Positions 13,222 through 23,753 of a DNA stretch of 64,000 bases are shown piece after piece. The stretch is from Ignavibacteriota bacterium (GTDB taxonomy: Bacteria > Bacteroidota > Ignavibacteria > UBA10030 > CAVZMI01), in NCBI GenBank assembly GCA_963776275.1, contig CAVZMI010000018.1, positions 64,001-128,000 of the forward strand, written 5' to 3'. A program made the translations under genes and the position numbers. Numbering within the stretch: the stretch's first letter is position 1; every line of letters starts with the position of its first letter. Under the pieces are notes generated by a model that was not told the origin of the DNA, searched no databases, and worked only from the letters and a program-made list of their open reading frames with translations.

Positions 13222-14510
13222 AAATCCTCGTTGTCGGTTCCGGCGGCCGTGAACATGCGCTTACCTGGAAACTCAAACAGAGTCCTAATGTCACGGAACT
13301 CTATTGTGCACCGGGGAACGCAGGAACAGTGTCTCTGGCAACCAACGTCCCGGTGAAGGCAAATGATATTCAGGGCCTTTTAAAATTTGTAAAGAGCAAT
13401 CGAATCGATCTGACGGTCGTCGGTCCTGAAGTGCCTCTTACCGAAGGCATAGTCGATTCATTCGAGCCGGAAGGATTATCAATATTTGGCCCGACAAAAC
13501 TTGCCGCGGAAATCGAGGGGAGCAAAGTATTTTCCAAAAACTTCATGAAGAAATATTCTATTCCGACGGCGGCATACGCTGCGTTCAGCATTGATCAACG
13601 CCGTGAGGCTGAACAGTATATCGGAGCGTCTCCGCTACCGTGTGTTGTCAAAGCGGATGGACTCGCTGCAGGAAAAGGAGCGGTCATATGTGAATCGCGC
13701 GACGATGCCCTGAAGGTGATCGATGAAATGATGGAACAGAAAATATTCGGATCGGCGGGCGAGCGAATTGTCGTCGAAGAATTTATGACCGGTGAGGAAG
13801 CATCGGTGTTTGCACTTTCGGATGGAGAAAATTTCGCCCTTCTATCGCCCGCGCAGGATCATAAGCGGATTCTGGATGGCGATCAGGGTAAAAATACCGG
13901 CGGTATGGGTGCATATGCTCCGGCACCAGTGATGACCGCAGAACTCATGTCGCAGGTTGAATCAACGATAATTATACCGACAATAAAAGGAATGGCTGCA
14001 GAAGGAAGAACATATAGGGGGTGCTTGTACGTCGGTATAATGGTGACTTCAAGCGGCCCGAAAGTTGTGGAATATAACTGTCGTTTGGGAGATCCTGAAG
14101 CACAGGTCGTTCTCCCGTTGATCGATGGCGATCTTGCGGATATTATGATGGCAGCATGTCATGGAAATTTGAAGAATTATCACGTCAAGCCTCATGATGC
14201 CACCGCCGTGTGTGTGATTATTGCCTCGAGGGGATATCCCGACAAGTACGATACGGGGAAGAAAATATACGGACTTGATGCCAGTCAGTCGACAAATGAT
14301 GTCGTGGTGTTTCATTCGGGTACCCGATATGAAAATGGAGATATTGTGTCTTCGGGCGGGCGTGTTCTTGGAGTCACAGCAATTGGTTACGGGCATGGGC
14401 TTGAACGGACAATCCGCATTGCATATTCAGGAGTGCGACAAATTACCTTCGATGGTGCGTATTATCGCAGTGACATCGGGCAAAAAGGGCTGCGTCATCT
14501 CCGGCAGTAA
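13218..14510 (+). CDS. purD: Phosphoribosylamine--glycine ligase
   Basis: MKILVVGSGGREHAL, VKADGLAAGKG, GKNTGGMGAY, EYNCRLGDPE. Confidence 0.97.
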   Translation: MKILVVGSGGREHALTWKLKQSPNVTELYCAPGNAGTVSLATNVPVKANDIQGLLKFVKSNRIDLTVVGPEVPLTEGIVDSFEPEGLSIFGPTKLAAEIEGSKVFSKNFMKKYSIPTAAYAAFSIDQRREAEQYIGASPLPCVVKADGLAAGKGAVICESRDDALKVIDEMMEQKIFGSAGERIVVEEFMTGEEASVFALSDGENFALLSPAQDHKRILDGDQGKNTGGMGAYAPAPVMTAELMSQVESTIIIPTIKGMAAEGRTYRGCLYVGIMVTSSGPKVVEYNCRLGDPEAQVVLPLIDGDLADIMMAACHGNLKNYHVKPHDATAVCVIIASRGYPDKYDTGKKIYGLDASQSTNDVVVFHSGTRYENGDIVSSGGRVLGVTAIGYGHGLERTIRIAYSGVRQITFDGAYYRSDIGQKGLRHLRQ

Positions 14511-14539
14511 AAACATAATAATCTGATTACGAGGTAGGT

Positions 14540-15472
14540 ATGAATATTCTTGTCACAGGAGGAGCCGGATTCATCGGTTCGCATGTTGTTGATGCATACA
14601 TCGAAGCAGGTCATTCGGTATTTATCATTGACGATCTTTCGACAGGGCAGCGGGAGAACATTAATCCAAAGGCACATTTTTTTCAGATAGATATACGATC
14701 GTCTGAAATTGAATCCATTTTCAAAATGTATCCGATTGAAATTGTGAACCACCATGCTGCACAGATGGATGTCCGGAAATCTGTCGCCGAACCGCAATTC
14801 GATGCTTCCGTCAATATCGTCGGCATGCTGAATCTGATGGAAAATGCAGTACGAAATGGAGTTAAAAAAGTGATCTTTTCATCGACAGGTGGAGCGATCT
14901 ACGGTGAACAGGATTATTTCCCAGCCGATGAAGATCACCCGACACGTCCTCTCTCTCCCTATGGAATTGCAAAACTTGCAACAGAAAAATATCTGTATTA
15001 TTATGAAGAGGTTTATGGACTTCCCTCGATCATTCTCCGGTATGCAAACATCTTTGGCCCGCGTCAAAATCCATACGGCGAAGCGGGTGTGATAGCAATA
15101 TTTACGGATAAATTACTTCGGGGTGAACAGCCGATCATAAATGGCGACGGCCGACAGACACGCGATTATGTATATGTCGGCGATGTTGTCGAAGCAAATG
15201 TGCTTGCGCTCACGTGCCGGAATTCGGAAATTTTCAATATTGGGACCGGGATCGAAACGGATGTAAATACTCTTTATGCGTACGTCCAGGCTGCCGTCAG
15301 TTCTCATATGCCCGAGGTTCATGGTCAGGCGAAGAAGGGAGAGCAACTCCGAAGCGTCATTTCATCAAAAAAGATCGAACGTCTTCTGGGTTGGAAGCCA
15401 TCGGTCGCCGTCCGGGAAGGTATTCTGATTACTGCGAATTCTTTCCGATCACGGTTGTCACGTCCCATATGA
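14540..15472 (+). CDS. NAD-dependent epimerase/dehydratase (UDP-glucose 4-epimerase-like)
   Basis: VTGGAGFIGSH, YGIAK (YxxxK), GDGRQTRDY. Confidence 0.9.
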   Translation: MNILVTGGAGFIGSHVVDAYIEAGHSVFIIDDLSTGQRENINPKAHFFQIDIRSSEIESIFKMYPIEIVNHHAAQMDVRKSVAEPQFDASVNIVGMLNLMENAVRNGVKKVIFSSTGGAIYGEQDYFPADEDHPTRPLSPYGIAKLATEKYLYYYEEVYGLPSIILRYANIFGPRQNPYGEAGVIAIFTDKLLRGEQPIINGDGRQTRDYVYVGDVVEANVLALTCRNSEIFNIGTGIETDVNTLYAYVQAAVSSHMPEVHGQAKKGEQLRSVISSKKIERLLGWKPSVAVREGILITANSFRSRLSRPI

Positions 15473-15538
15473 ATAATGAAGTAGAAATTTTCGTATGCTT
15501 AATAGTTTTTATGGTTAATTAACTCATTGCGAGGAGTT

Positions 15539-18500
15539 ATGAAGAACCAGAATATCCTTACCGTTGTCGCTTTGGCATTTATCATTTCTGGAATTTGTGG
15601 ATTGATTTATGAGGTTGTGTGGGCAAAGTATCTTGCGTTGTTTATCGGGAATACAACATATGCACATACCGTTGTGTTGGCCACATTCATGGGGGGATTG
15701 GCTGCGGGAGCGTATTTCTGGGGGAAAAGATCTGATATCACTTTGTCACGGCTACGGTTGTATGGTTTTCTTGAAGTAGTCATCGGTCTTTATTGTTTCT
15801 TTTATCCTCCGTTTCTTCGTTTGCTCGAAAAGACATACATCGCCATTGTCGCAGGTGTCGATGCTCCATCCGACGGAATACTGGTGCTATCGTTGAAACT
15901 GGGTGTGAGTGTAGTATCGCTGTTCCTCCCGACTTTTTTAATGGGCGGGACTCTGCCGGTTCTGGCGCGTTTTGTCACGAAAAAGATCGATGAAACGGGG
16001 AAAGAGGTCGGCATTCTATATTTCCTCAACAGCTTTGGAGCGGTCGTGGGTTCTTTTTTTGCCGGCTTTTTTCTTATCGAAGCGTTTGGATTGAGCAATA
16101 CCGTCTATATCGCGGCAATCATGAATTGTATCATTGGCTCCGGAATGATCGTTCTTTCATATTTCTGGAAGGAAGAAGAGCAGCTGCCGGAAGCAGCGCC
16201 GGTCGAGACAGCGGTCGAAGGGAATGTAGAGCCGGCTTATATTTTTTCATCGCGAGAGATACGAATAGCGCTGCTGACGGCGGCTCTTTCGGGTTTTGCT
16301 GCCATGGTCTACGAGTTGACTTGGATTCGATTACTCACGCTGATCCTCGGTTCATCGGTATATTCATTTTCATTGATGCTGATGGCCTTTATTTCCGGAA
16401 TCACGATCGGAAGCTATATCGTATCAAAGATCGTTCAGCGCCTGAAAAACCTCTATACATTTTTGGGGATCTGTGAGCTTGCCGTCGGTATCTCGATGCT
16501 GCTTGTTCTTCCGCTTTATCAGCGCCTGCCGTATTACTTCTGGGTTATCGGGGACATGGTGAGTCGAACGACAGAAGGCTATTATTTTTTTGTTATTATT
16601 GAGTATGTATTTTGTTTTCTTCTTATGCTTCTGCCGACGGTCTTTCTTGGAATGGCATTGCCTCTCATCAGCCGGATCGTTGCAACAGATATTCGATGGA
16701 TAGGAAAATCAGTCGGAAGTGTTTTTTCGATAAACACCCTGGGGACGGTTTTCGGTTCACTATTGACGGGATTACTTTTCATTCCGTGGATCGGTGTGCA
16801 CCGATCGATTCAATTGGGAATAGCCATCAGTCTTCTGCTGGCGACAATCATTCTGCTGACAAGTCGGGAGAAAAATTTCAAGCGATGGATACTCGCTCTT
16901 AGCGGTTGGACACTGCTGCTGGTGTACGGAATTATCGCTCCAGCATGGAGTAACCAGGCACTCAGTGTCGGGGTATTCCGTGAACGACTTCATTCACCCG
17001 CGCCGTCGTCGTATAAAGAGTTTGTCGAGAAGTACCAAAATACGAAAATACAGTACTATAAGGAAGGTGTTCATGCGACAGTCGTCGTGACAGGTGAAGA
17101 ACCCAGCCTTTCGCTTGTCATAAATGGGAAAGTCGATGCGAGCTCACGGGGTGATCTTGGCACACAATTAATTTCCGGTCATATAGCGGCGGTTCTCTCC
17201 ACCAAATTCGATTCAGTTCTTGTCATCGGTTTAGGAAGCGGTATTACAGTCGGGGCCGTTACCCGTCATCCGGTTCGTCATGTCGATGTGATCGAGATAT
17301 CCCCGGAGGTGAAAGAAGCTGAAGCACTATTTCATAAACATGATTATAATGTATTGTCTGATCCTCGCGTAAAATTGACCATAGAAGACGCAGTAACGTT
17401 TCTGAAAACTTCAAAGAATAGATACGATGCTATCATCAGTGAGCCATCGAATCCCTGGATTGCAGGAATCGGCAATCTATTTACCAAAGAATTTTTCGAG
17501 CTATCGAAACAGCGGTTATCATCTTCCGGATTGATGGTTCAATGGATTCATCTCTATGAACTGGATAATGAATTATTCGGACTCGTCCTGCGCACTTTTA
17601 CACGGGTGTTTCCTTATGTCAGTATCTGGATGACAATGCGAAATGACGTTATTCTGATCGGTTCTATGTCTCCTGTCCAACGAGATTTCAACGAGATGGA
17701 GCGTATTATCGAACAGCCGTTGGTGGCTCGGGATCTCGCCAGAGTTCAAATTCATCATCTACTCACTTTACTATCCACACAGATGATCGCTCCGTCTATG
17801 AGCAAGACAATCTATCCATTCGGAGCATCCAATACGGAAGAATATCCTTACCTTGAATATATGGCTCCGCGTGCATTCTTCATGAATAAGATTGCCGATG
17901 TGTGTTATAATTTTGATGCACGATATCAATCTGCGGATACAACACTATATATCAATAAGTACTTGTCTTCTCACAGATGTCTTCCAGAGGAATACCGTGA
18001 GCTGGGTTTTTTTTGCAGCGGACCTTATCGGTTGGAATATCGACTGGCAGAACATGCATTCGAGAAATACCTGGAATTGGATAAGGAAGATATTGAGGCG
18101 TCTTTGATGTATGCGAGCGTCCTTGAACAATTGGGAAAAAGCGAGCAAAGTAGGTCGGTATTGAAACAAATAATCGGTCGACCTTTTTCAAAATTTAATT
18201 CGATTATATCCTATGCGAGAATGATATATCAAAAGCTCGAAGAACAATCGTCGTTTCTGGTGCAGACCGATCCCTCGGAACTTGAGAAATTGATTACCGA
18301 AGGACAAGCCGTTGGAAAAGACAGTACACAGGGTTTCTTGGTCTTACAGGCACTGCTGGATTATCATGAAGGTCATTATCGGGAAGCATTGAAGGGATTT
18401 CGAGCAATCATGAGTTACCGCGAGGAAAAAAATTTGGATGATCCATTATTAAATGATGAGCGAATGCTTGCATATGCAGCGATGGCTGCAGTGGAGTCAG

Positions 18501-18628
18501 ACAACGATGTCTTAGCTCTTATCTATGCCAACCAGGCGCTTGAGATCAACCCGCGGAATGCGCTGGCAATGAGCGTCTTTTATAAAGTAAGACAAAGAGT
18601 GGTACGACCCGTGGCACCGGCACCGTAG
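15539..18628 (+). CDS. Fused multi-TM (MFS-like)/spermidine synthase-like SAM-binding protein with C-terminal TPR repeats
   Basis: SGICGLIYEVVW membrane region, VLVIGLGSGIT, DAIISEPSNPW; SD GAGGAG before ATG 15539. Confidence 0.85.
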   Translation: MKNQNILTVVALAFIISGICGLIYEVVWAKYLALFIGNTTYAHTVVLATFMGGLAAGAYFWGKRSDITLSRLRLYGFLEVVIGLYCFFYPPFLRLLEKTYIAIVAGVDAPSDGILVLSLKLGVSVVSLFLPTFLMGGTLPVLARFVTKKIDETGKEVGILYFLNSFGAVVGSFFAGFFLIEAFGLSNTVYIAAIMNCIIGSGMIVLSYFWKEEEQLPEAAPVETAVEGNVEPAYIFSSREIRIALLTAALSGFAAMVYELTWIRLLTLILGSSVYSFSLMLMAFISGITIGSYIVSKIVQRLKNLYTFLGICELAVGISMLLVLPLYQRLPYYFWVIGDMVSRTTEGYYFFVIIEYVFCFLLMLLPTVFLGMALPLISRIVATDIRWIGKSVGSVFSINTLGTVFGSLLTGLLFIPWIGVHRSIQLGIAISLLLATIILLTSREKNFKRWILALSGWTLLLVYGIIAPAWSNQALSVGVFRERLHSPAPSSYKEFVEKYQNTKIQYYKEGVHATVVVTGEEPSLSLVINGKVDASSRGDLGTQLISGHIAAVLSTKFDSVLVIGLGSGITVGAVTRHPVRHVDVIEISPEVKEAEALFHKHDYNVLSDPRVKLTIEDAVTFLKTSKNRYDAIISEPSNPWIAGIGNLFTKEFFELSKQRLSSSGLMVQWIHLYELDNELFGLVLRTFTRVFPYVSIWMTMRNDVILIGSMSPVQRDFNEMERIIEQPLVARDLARVQIHHLLTLLSTQMIAPSMSKTIYPFGASNTEEYPYLEYMAPRAFFMNKIADVCYNFDARYQSADTTLYINKYLSSHRCLPEEYRELGFFCSGPYRLEYRLAEHAFEKYLELDKEDIEASLMYASVLEQLGKSEQSRSVLKQIIGRPFSKFNSIISYARMIYQKLEEQSSFLVQTDPSELEKLITEGQAVGKDSTQGFLVLQALLDYHEGHYREALKGFRAIMSYREEKNLDDPLLNDERMLAYAAMAAVESDNDVLALIYANQALEINPRNALAMSVFYKVRQRVVRPVAPAP

Positions 18629-18632
18629 GAGG

Positions 18633-19398
18633 GTGCACGAAAGGAAAACACACGATACGGATACATTGTATTATCTGTGGCATTATTTTCCTCATTCCGG
18701 GGAAGGAACTCTGCGCACAAGAGATTCGCATCATTGATCGTTCAACGCGCGCCGATTCGCTGTTGCTCTATGAGCCGGATTGCTCTATTCTTCGATCTGT
18801 CGCCGAGTGGATACTTCCTGAAAGCGTGTCCGGCATACTTGCGATGAAGGAATTTATCCGGTGGGATGCTTTTCAATCGTTTCGTCGCGACTCCGGGGAT
18901 CGACAGGCGGTGGATCTGATTTTTCAGAAAGGACTTCAGATCGCCCGGGGAGATATTGACGCAGCTTTGTTTCTGTGTTTCGTTGGGACTACAGACCATG
19001 CAAAAGTCGGAGTTCACATGCCATTATTCGGATTTGTGGTAGTTATTCCTCTGACGACTGAGTCGGATCAATATTTTCAAAAACGTCTTGATCATATGCC
19101 CTCACATTTCTACCCCGACAGTCCCAAATGGAAATCTGGCGATAAGGATAAACTCCAGCATTTTTTTGGATCAGCCTTTCTTGCCTATCTCACCGGGAGT
19201 GGAGCATACACGAAGACGCTTGGCGATTGGACCGAGGTGCTGGAACAGCGTTACATTGTCGATGGACTTGACGATCCGCGTGATCGTCGAGCGAACAATC
19301 AGGGAGTCCAATTTGGAAAGATGTTGTTCGACGGGATGAAGGTCCTTCCAAGCGACGTTCTTGTCGATTCTGTAAAAATTCGAGAAATGGAAAAATAG
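18633..19398 (+). CDS. Hypothetical secreted protein (apparent +1 frameshift at about 18648)
   Basis: ORF 18763-19398 with DKDKLQHFFGS motif; frame stays open upstream; removing one A after SD GGAGG/GTG 18633 gives a signal peptide ending ELCA|Q. Confidence 0.6.
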
Positions 19399-19421
19399 AT
19401 TTATCATGAAGGCCTACAGCA

Positions 19422-20777
19422 ATGAAAACCATTCTTGTTGTTGATGACGAGCGCAGTATTCAGGAATCGCTTACGATGATTTTGGAATACGAAAAATTTA
19501 CAGTTGAGTGTGCATCGTCGGGTTCCGAAGCGCTGGAGAAATTACAATCAAATGGATACGCCGTTGTCCTCCTCGATGTTAAAATGCCGGGGATGGATGG
19601 TCTGGAAACTCTCGATAAAATCCGTCAGCTCAATCCGGATCTTCCGGTCGTAATGATTTCCGGGCATGGTACTATTGAGACCGCCGTAGAAGCGACAAAG
19701 CGGGGCGCATTTGATTTTCTTCAGAAGCCTCTCGATCGGGATAAAGTCCTGGTAACTATCCGGAATTCTATTGAACGGACTCTCCTTGTCAAGAATTATA
19801 AACAAATCAAGGAAACACTCGAAGGACGGGATACCATTATAGGGAAGAGCAAAGTCATGATGGATATTCTTGCCCTGATCGAGCGGGTTGCTCCCACCGA
19901 TTCCCGCGTCCTAATCACCGGAGATAACGGGACAGGAAAAGAACTGGTCGCGAAAGCGATTCACAGGTTCAGCCGCCGCGTACGGAAGCCGCTGATCGAG
20001 GTCAACTGTGCTGCGATTCCGACTGAGCTTATCGAGTCCGAACTCTTCGGTCATGAGAAGGGTTCGTTTACCGGTGCAACTACACAGCGCATCGGAAAAT
20101 TTGAACAGGCGGATGAGGGAACAATATTCCTTGATGAAGTCGGTGATATGAGTCTGCCGGCTCAGGCAAAAGTACTCCGGGCGCTTGAGGAGGGGAAAAT
20201 CGAACGGGTGGGAGGGAATAGAACGATATCGGTCGATGTACGGATCATCGCAGCAACAAATAAGAACCTTAAGGAAGAAATTGCAAAGGGACAATTCCGC
20301 GAGGATCTTTATCATCGTTTAAATGTCATCCCGATGCACGTTCCTGCGCTCCGCGAACACAGAGAAGATATACCTCTGCTTGTAAAGCATTTTGTCGACG
20401 ATATTTGTTCTAGAAACGGTATGCCGGCAAAACAGGTGGAACACGATGTATTGAAAGTTCTTGAATCGATGGAGTGGGGCGGGAATGTCCGGGAACTTCG
20501 AAATATGGTCGAACGTCTGGTCATTATGTCGCCCGGGAATCGGATTGATGTGCAATTGATTCAGCCGTCTCCCGCTGCGATAAAAGGTGAATTTGACGCA
20601 ATGCTTACTACAAGTACAACATTTCAGGAATTTAAGGATGAGGCAGAGAAGCTGTTCATCAGACGCCAGCTCGAGCTTCATCAGTGGAATATTACAAAGA
20701 CCGCCGAGGCACTCGATATACAGCGTAGTCATCTCTATACGAAAATGAAGCGGTACGGATTGATGAAGGAGGAATAG
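19422..20777 (+). CDS. Sigma-54-dependent response regulator, NtrC/NtrX family
   Basis: REC, GDNGTGKE, GSFTGA, FLDEVG, WGGNVREL, HTH (IQRSHLY). Confidence 0.95.
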   Translation: MKTILVVDDERSIQESLTMILEYEKFTVECASSGSEALEKLQSNGYAVVLLDVKMPGMDGLETLDKIRQLNPDLPVVMISGHGTIETAVEATKRGAFDFLQKPLDRDKVLVTIRNSIERTLLVKNYKQIKETLEGRDTIIGKSKVMMDILALIERVAPTDSRVLITGDNGTGKELVAKAIHRFSRRVRKPLIEVNCAAIPTELIESELFGHEKGSFTGATTQRIGKFEQADEGTIFLDEVGDMSLPAQAKVLRALEEGKIERVGGNRTISVDVRIIAATNKNLKEEIAKGQFREDLYHRLNVIPMHVPALREHREDIPLLVKHFVDDICSRNGMPAKQVEHDVLKVLESMEWGGNVRELRNMVERLVIMSPGNRIDVQLIQPSPAAIKGEFDAMLTTSTTFQEFKDEAEKLFIRRQLELHQWNITKTAEALDIQRSHLYTKMKRYGLMKEE

Positions 20778-20786
20778 CAAAGAAGA

Positions 20787-20866
20787 GAATTGTGAATTTC
20801 GAATTGCGACCTGTCCGCCGGATCCCGACCCCGACGAAATCAGGGGGAGAAGGCGGAATTGTGAAT
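20787..20866. repeat. Heptamer repeats (GAATTGT/GAATTTC/GAATTGC) interrupted by nested REP-like palindromes
   Basis: TCCGCC(20814)...GGCGGA(20857) enclosing CCCGACGAAATCAGGG. Confidence 0.55.
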
Positions 20867-21070
20867 GGAGAGGAAAGTCTTTTAAGGGAAACCATGAATA
20901 GTAAAACTACGGAAAGAGTTAAATCCACAGTCGCAGTACGAGTAATGGTGAATCAAAGATCCGAGTACAGTTGATCTATTGTATATTGTAACTGTAAGAT
21001 TAATAATACATGACCGACGATCGGTAAGTCCTCGATATAAGAAGCATCGTTTTTTCCCGCAGTAATCGGT

Positions 21071-21577
21071 TCAGGGATAGAAGTGCAGTCCGATACCCGC
21101 CTCGAAGGCCGAACCGAAATTCGGCGTCACACCGACAAGAAGTCCGAGCTCGAAAAAGAATTCAAGGGGAACGGTGTGCGGTTCGTACGTGAGTCCTGCC
21201 AGTCCGCGAGCCCCAAGGCCGATCCCTTCGTTTGACCGGTAATAGAAATCCCCTGAATTGTATCTCCAGAATATACCATGGCCATTCCCGAAACCGATCG
21301 TTCCACCAAGTCCGGCGTAGAAATGAACGATATTTGACTGTCTGACCGGATAATGCCAGAGATAATCGATCCCGATTCGTGGTGAGCCGAAATACGATCC
21401 TCCGATGTATCCGTCGAATGCAGTGCGCTGTGTCGTCCAGTATTTGACCGTGAAGCCCGAGGGATCTCCAAGTTCCAGACCGATCCCTAACGGTCCCTTT
21501 GATTCACTCGCCAGTGCCAAAGGCGAGAATGTGAAGATAAAAAGCATTGTAGAGAGAACGAGTATCGATTTCTTCAT
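21071..21577 (-). CDS. Hypothetical outer-membrane beta-barrel protein
   Basis: Signal peptide, GIGLELGDPSGFTVKY, alternating strands, aromatic C-terminus GLHFYP. Confidence 0.7.
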   Translation of the reverse strand: MKKSILVLSTMLFIFTFSPLALASESKGPLGIGLELGDPSGFTVKYWTTQRTAFDGYIGGSYFGSPRIGIDYLWHYPVRQSNIVHFYAGLGGTIGFGNGHGIFWRYNSGDFYYRSNEGIGLGARGLAGLTYEPHTVPLEFFFELGLLVGVTPNFGSAFEAGIGLHFYP

Positions 21578-21702
21578 CGGATTACCTATAATTTTGAGTG
21601 GGAAAATTGTTGGCGCACCATTTGGTGCGCATGGAAAAGAATCTAAGGTTATTTATTCATACGCGTGCCCGGCGCCAACGTCTGCGACTTCCATTAAAGC
21701 TT

Positions 21703-22452
21703 TCACGCTCTTTGAGCGGCTTTACGATTTCTTACCACCTCGTACATCACCAATGCCGCGGCGACCGAGGCATTAAGCGATTGAATTTTTCCGAACATAG
21801 GGATTCTAATTAAAAAATCACACTTCTCTTTCACGAGCCGCCGCATTCCGCTCCCTTCACTGCCAATGATAAGTGCAAGAGGTATCGAATAATCGAACTG
21901 GTCGTATGATTTCCCTCCATCCATGTCCGTCCCGATCATCCAGAGGCCCGCTTCCTTGAGCTGCTCCATCGTCGATACGAGGTTTGTCACTTTTGCGATC
22001 GCCATATGTTCGGTCGCGCCTGCCGACGCTTTGCTGACCGTTCGATTGACCGATGCCGCATGATGCTTTGGGATAATAACGCCATGTACACCGGCACATT
22101 CTGCGGTACGAATCATCGCGCCGAGATTCTGAGGGTCTTCAATCTCATCGAGGATAAGAAGAAAAGGCTTTTGCTTGAGTTCGCGCGCAATCGCCAGCAG
22201 ATCTTCGATTTCTGAATATTTTTTTGTGCCTAATAACGCGACTACACCCTGTGCATCCGCCTCGCCTGCGAAATCACGGAATTTTTGTTTATCGGTTTCG
22301 ACACACGGAATATTCTTTTCCCGCGCTATCGCTCGTATTTTTTCGATCACATTACCCTTCACACCAAAAAGAATCATGATCTTTTCAATGGACGCACCCG
22401 CCTTGAGCGCTTCCATAACAGGATTTCGACCGGCAATAAGGTGACTGCTCAT
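21703..22452 (-). CDS. rlmB: 23S rRNA (guanosine-2251-2'-O)-methyltransferase
   Basis: GRNPVMEAL, LDEIEDPQNLGAMIRTA, IGSEGSG, SLNASVA. Confidence 0.95.
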   Translation of the reverse strand: MSSHLIAGRNPVMEALKAGASIEKIMILFGVKGNVIEKIRAIAREKNIPCVETDKQKFRDFAGEADAQGVVALLGTKKYSEIEDLLAIARELKQKPFLLILDEIEDPQNLGAMIRTAECAGVHGVIIPKHHAASVNRTVSKASAGATEHMAIAKVTNLVSTMEQLKEAGLWMIGTDMDGGKSYDQFDYSIPLALIIGSEGSGMRRLVKEKCDFLIRIPMFGKIQSLNASVAAALVMYEVVRNRKAAQRA

Positions 22453-22477
22453 AAAAAGTCCGGATAGATATTGGTAT

Positions 22478-23296
22478 TCAAGTAAGTGCTTTCGTCCGTG
22501 AAATAATTCTCTTCATTCCATAGAGACCGATGGCGATGAGAACCAGAGCGACCACTTGCGCCTCGGAGAGTCCGAAAAGAAATGGGGGATTGATGCGGAT
22601 GAACTCAATCGTGAATCTCTCAACCCCGGAAAGAATGAGGTACCACATGAATAAGGTGCCGTCAGGAGTTTTTTGCTTTCGTATTCGCCATAAAACTGCA
22701 AAAATAAGTGCACAGAGAATGAACTCATATACCGGCGTTGGATGGAGTGGTGTATTATCCGGAACGATACCGTTGGGAAAATTACGTGCAATTTCAGGCA
22801 CATCCCTGAATGCAATTGATGGGGGATATGTACCATGCTCGTAGTTTGTACCCCATGGAAGCGATGTCGGAATTCCATAATCCCCGTCGCCGGCTAGATG
22901 GCATCCGATGCGGGCAATACCGTATCCCAGGATGAGAGCCGGTGCGGTTGCATCGCATATTTTTGAAAACGGGATTTTTTTCTTCCTTATGTAAAGGTAA
23001 ATGCATCCGGTGGCGAGGAGAAATCCGCCGTACCAGGTAAGTCCTGATGCCGAAAATGTAAATTCGACCGGTGCCCGAAGAAAATCCTGCCAGTTTTCAA
23101 ATAAGAAAAGGATTTTTGATCCGGCAATCCCGGCCACGAGGGCGATCAATGTGATTGAATTTCCAAGATCGGGATCGAGCTTTTTTCTTTTAAGCTCTTT
23201 CGTCAGGATGATGCTTGCCACAATAAAAGCAATACCCATCATCAGGCCGAAACCGTAGATCGTAAAAGGGCCGATTGTAACAATCCTTGGGTACAT
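22478..23296 (-). CDS. lgt: Prolipoprotein diacylglyceryl transferase
   Basis: GLTWYGG, ARIGC, HPTPVYE, RFTIEFIR. Confidence 0.92.
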   Translation of the reverse strand: MYPRIVTIGPFTIYGFGLMMGIAFIVASIILTKELKRKKLDPDLGNSITLIALVAGIAGSKILFLFENWQDFLRAPVEFTFSASGLTWYGGFLLATGCIYLYIRKKKIPFSKICDATAPALILGYGIARIGCHLAGDGDYGIPTSLPWGTNYEHGTYPPSIAFRDVPEIARNFPNGIVPDNTPLHPTPVYEFILCALIFAVLWRIRKQKTPDGTLFMWYLILSGVERFTIEFIRINPPFLFGLSEAQVVALVLIAIGLYGMKRIISRTKALT

Positions 23297-23304
23297 AAGA
23301 ATTT

Positions 23305-23742
23305 CTATTGGTTAATAACCGGTCGGTACGTGTGAATCGATTTCCACTCTTCAGGATTGGTAAAAACAGTGATAAATTTTCCTGCCGGATGAAATTTTAC
23401 AGTAACACCCTTCTTTGTAATCTTCACCGAAAAATGATTCTCAGCTCCATCGAGTTTAGAAACGACGACGTTGTAGCTTCCATGGAGATCGTCGAGCTCA
23501 ATGTGTTTTCGTGCCGATCCGAATGCAGGCATGGTCACTTCAGGAGTTTGCAATCCGAGAATATCCAGTCGAATTGTTTTATTCTTGACGGTTTCCTTGA
23601 GAACGATTGAATACCTGAACGTGCTGAATTCTTTTATTGTCTCCAGAAGAAAAAGAGTTGTCTCTTTTTTCCGCATCTCGTTATAATATGGAGAGATGAA
23701 GAGCCTGTATTCAATTGTTATCTTTTTTTTCTTTGCAGGCAT
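23305..23742 (-). CDS. Hypothetical protein
   Basis: 145-aa ORF packed tightly between hisS and lgt on the same strand. Confidence 0.7.
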   Translation of the reverse strand: MPAKKKKITIEYRLFISPYYNEMRKKETTLFLLETIKEFSTFRYSIVLKETVKNKTIRLDILGLQTPEVTMPAFGSARKHIELDDLHGSYNVVVSKLDGAENHFSVKITKKGVTVKFHPAGKFITVFTNPEEWKSIHTYRPVINQ

Positions 23743-23753
23743 GGGATGCTATT

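Noticed and set aside
20792-20974. 60-aa ORF after the NtrX-like gene
   Set aside because: It runs through heptamer and palindrome repeats, with no supporting motifs.
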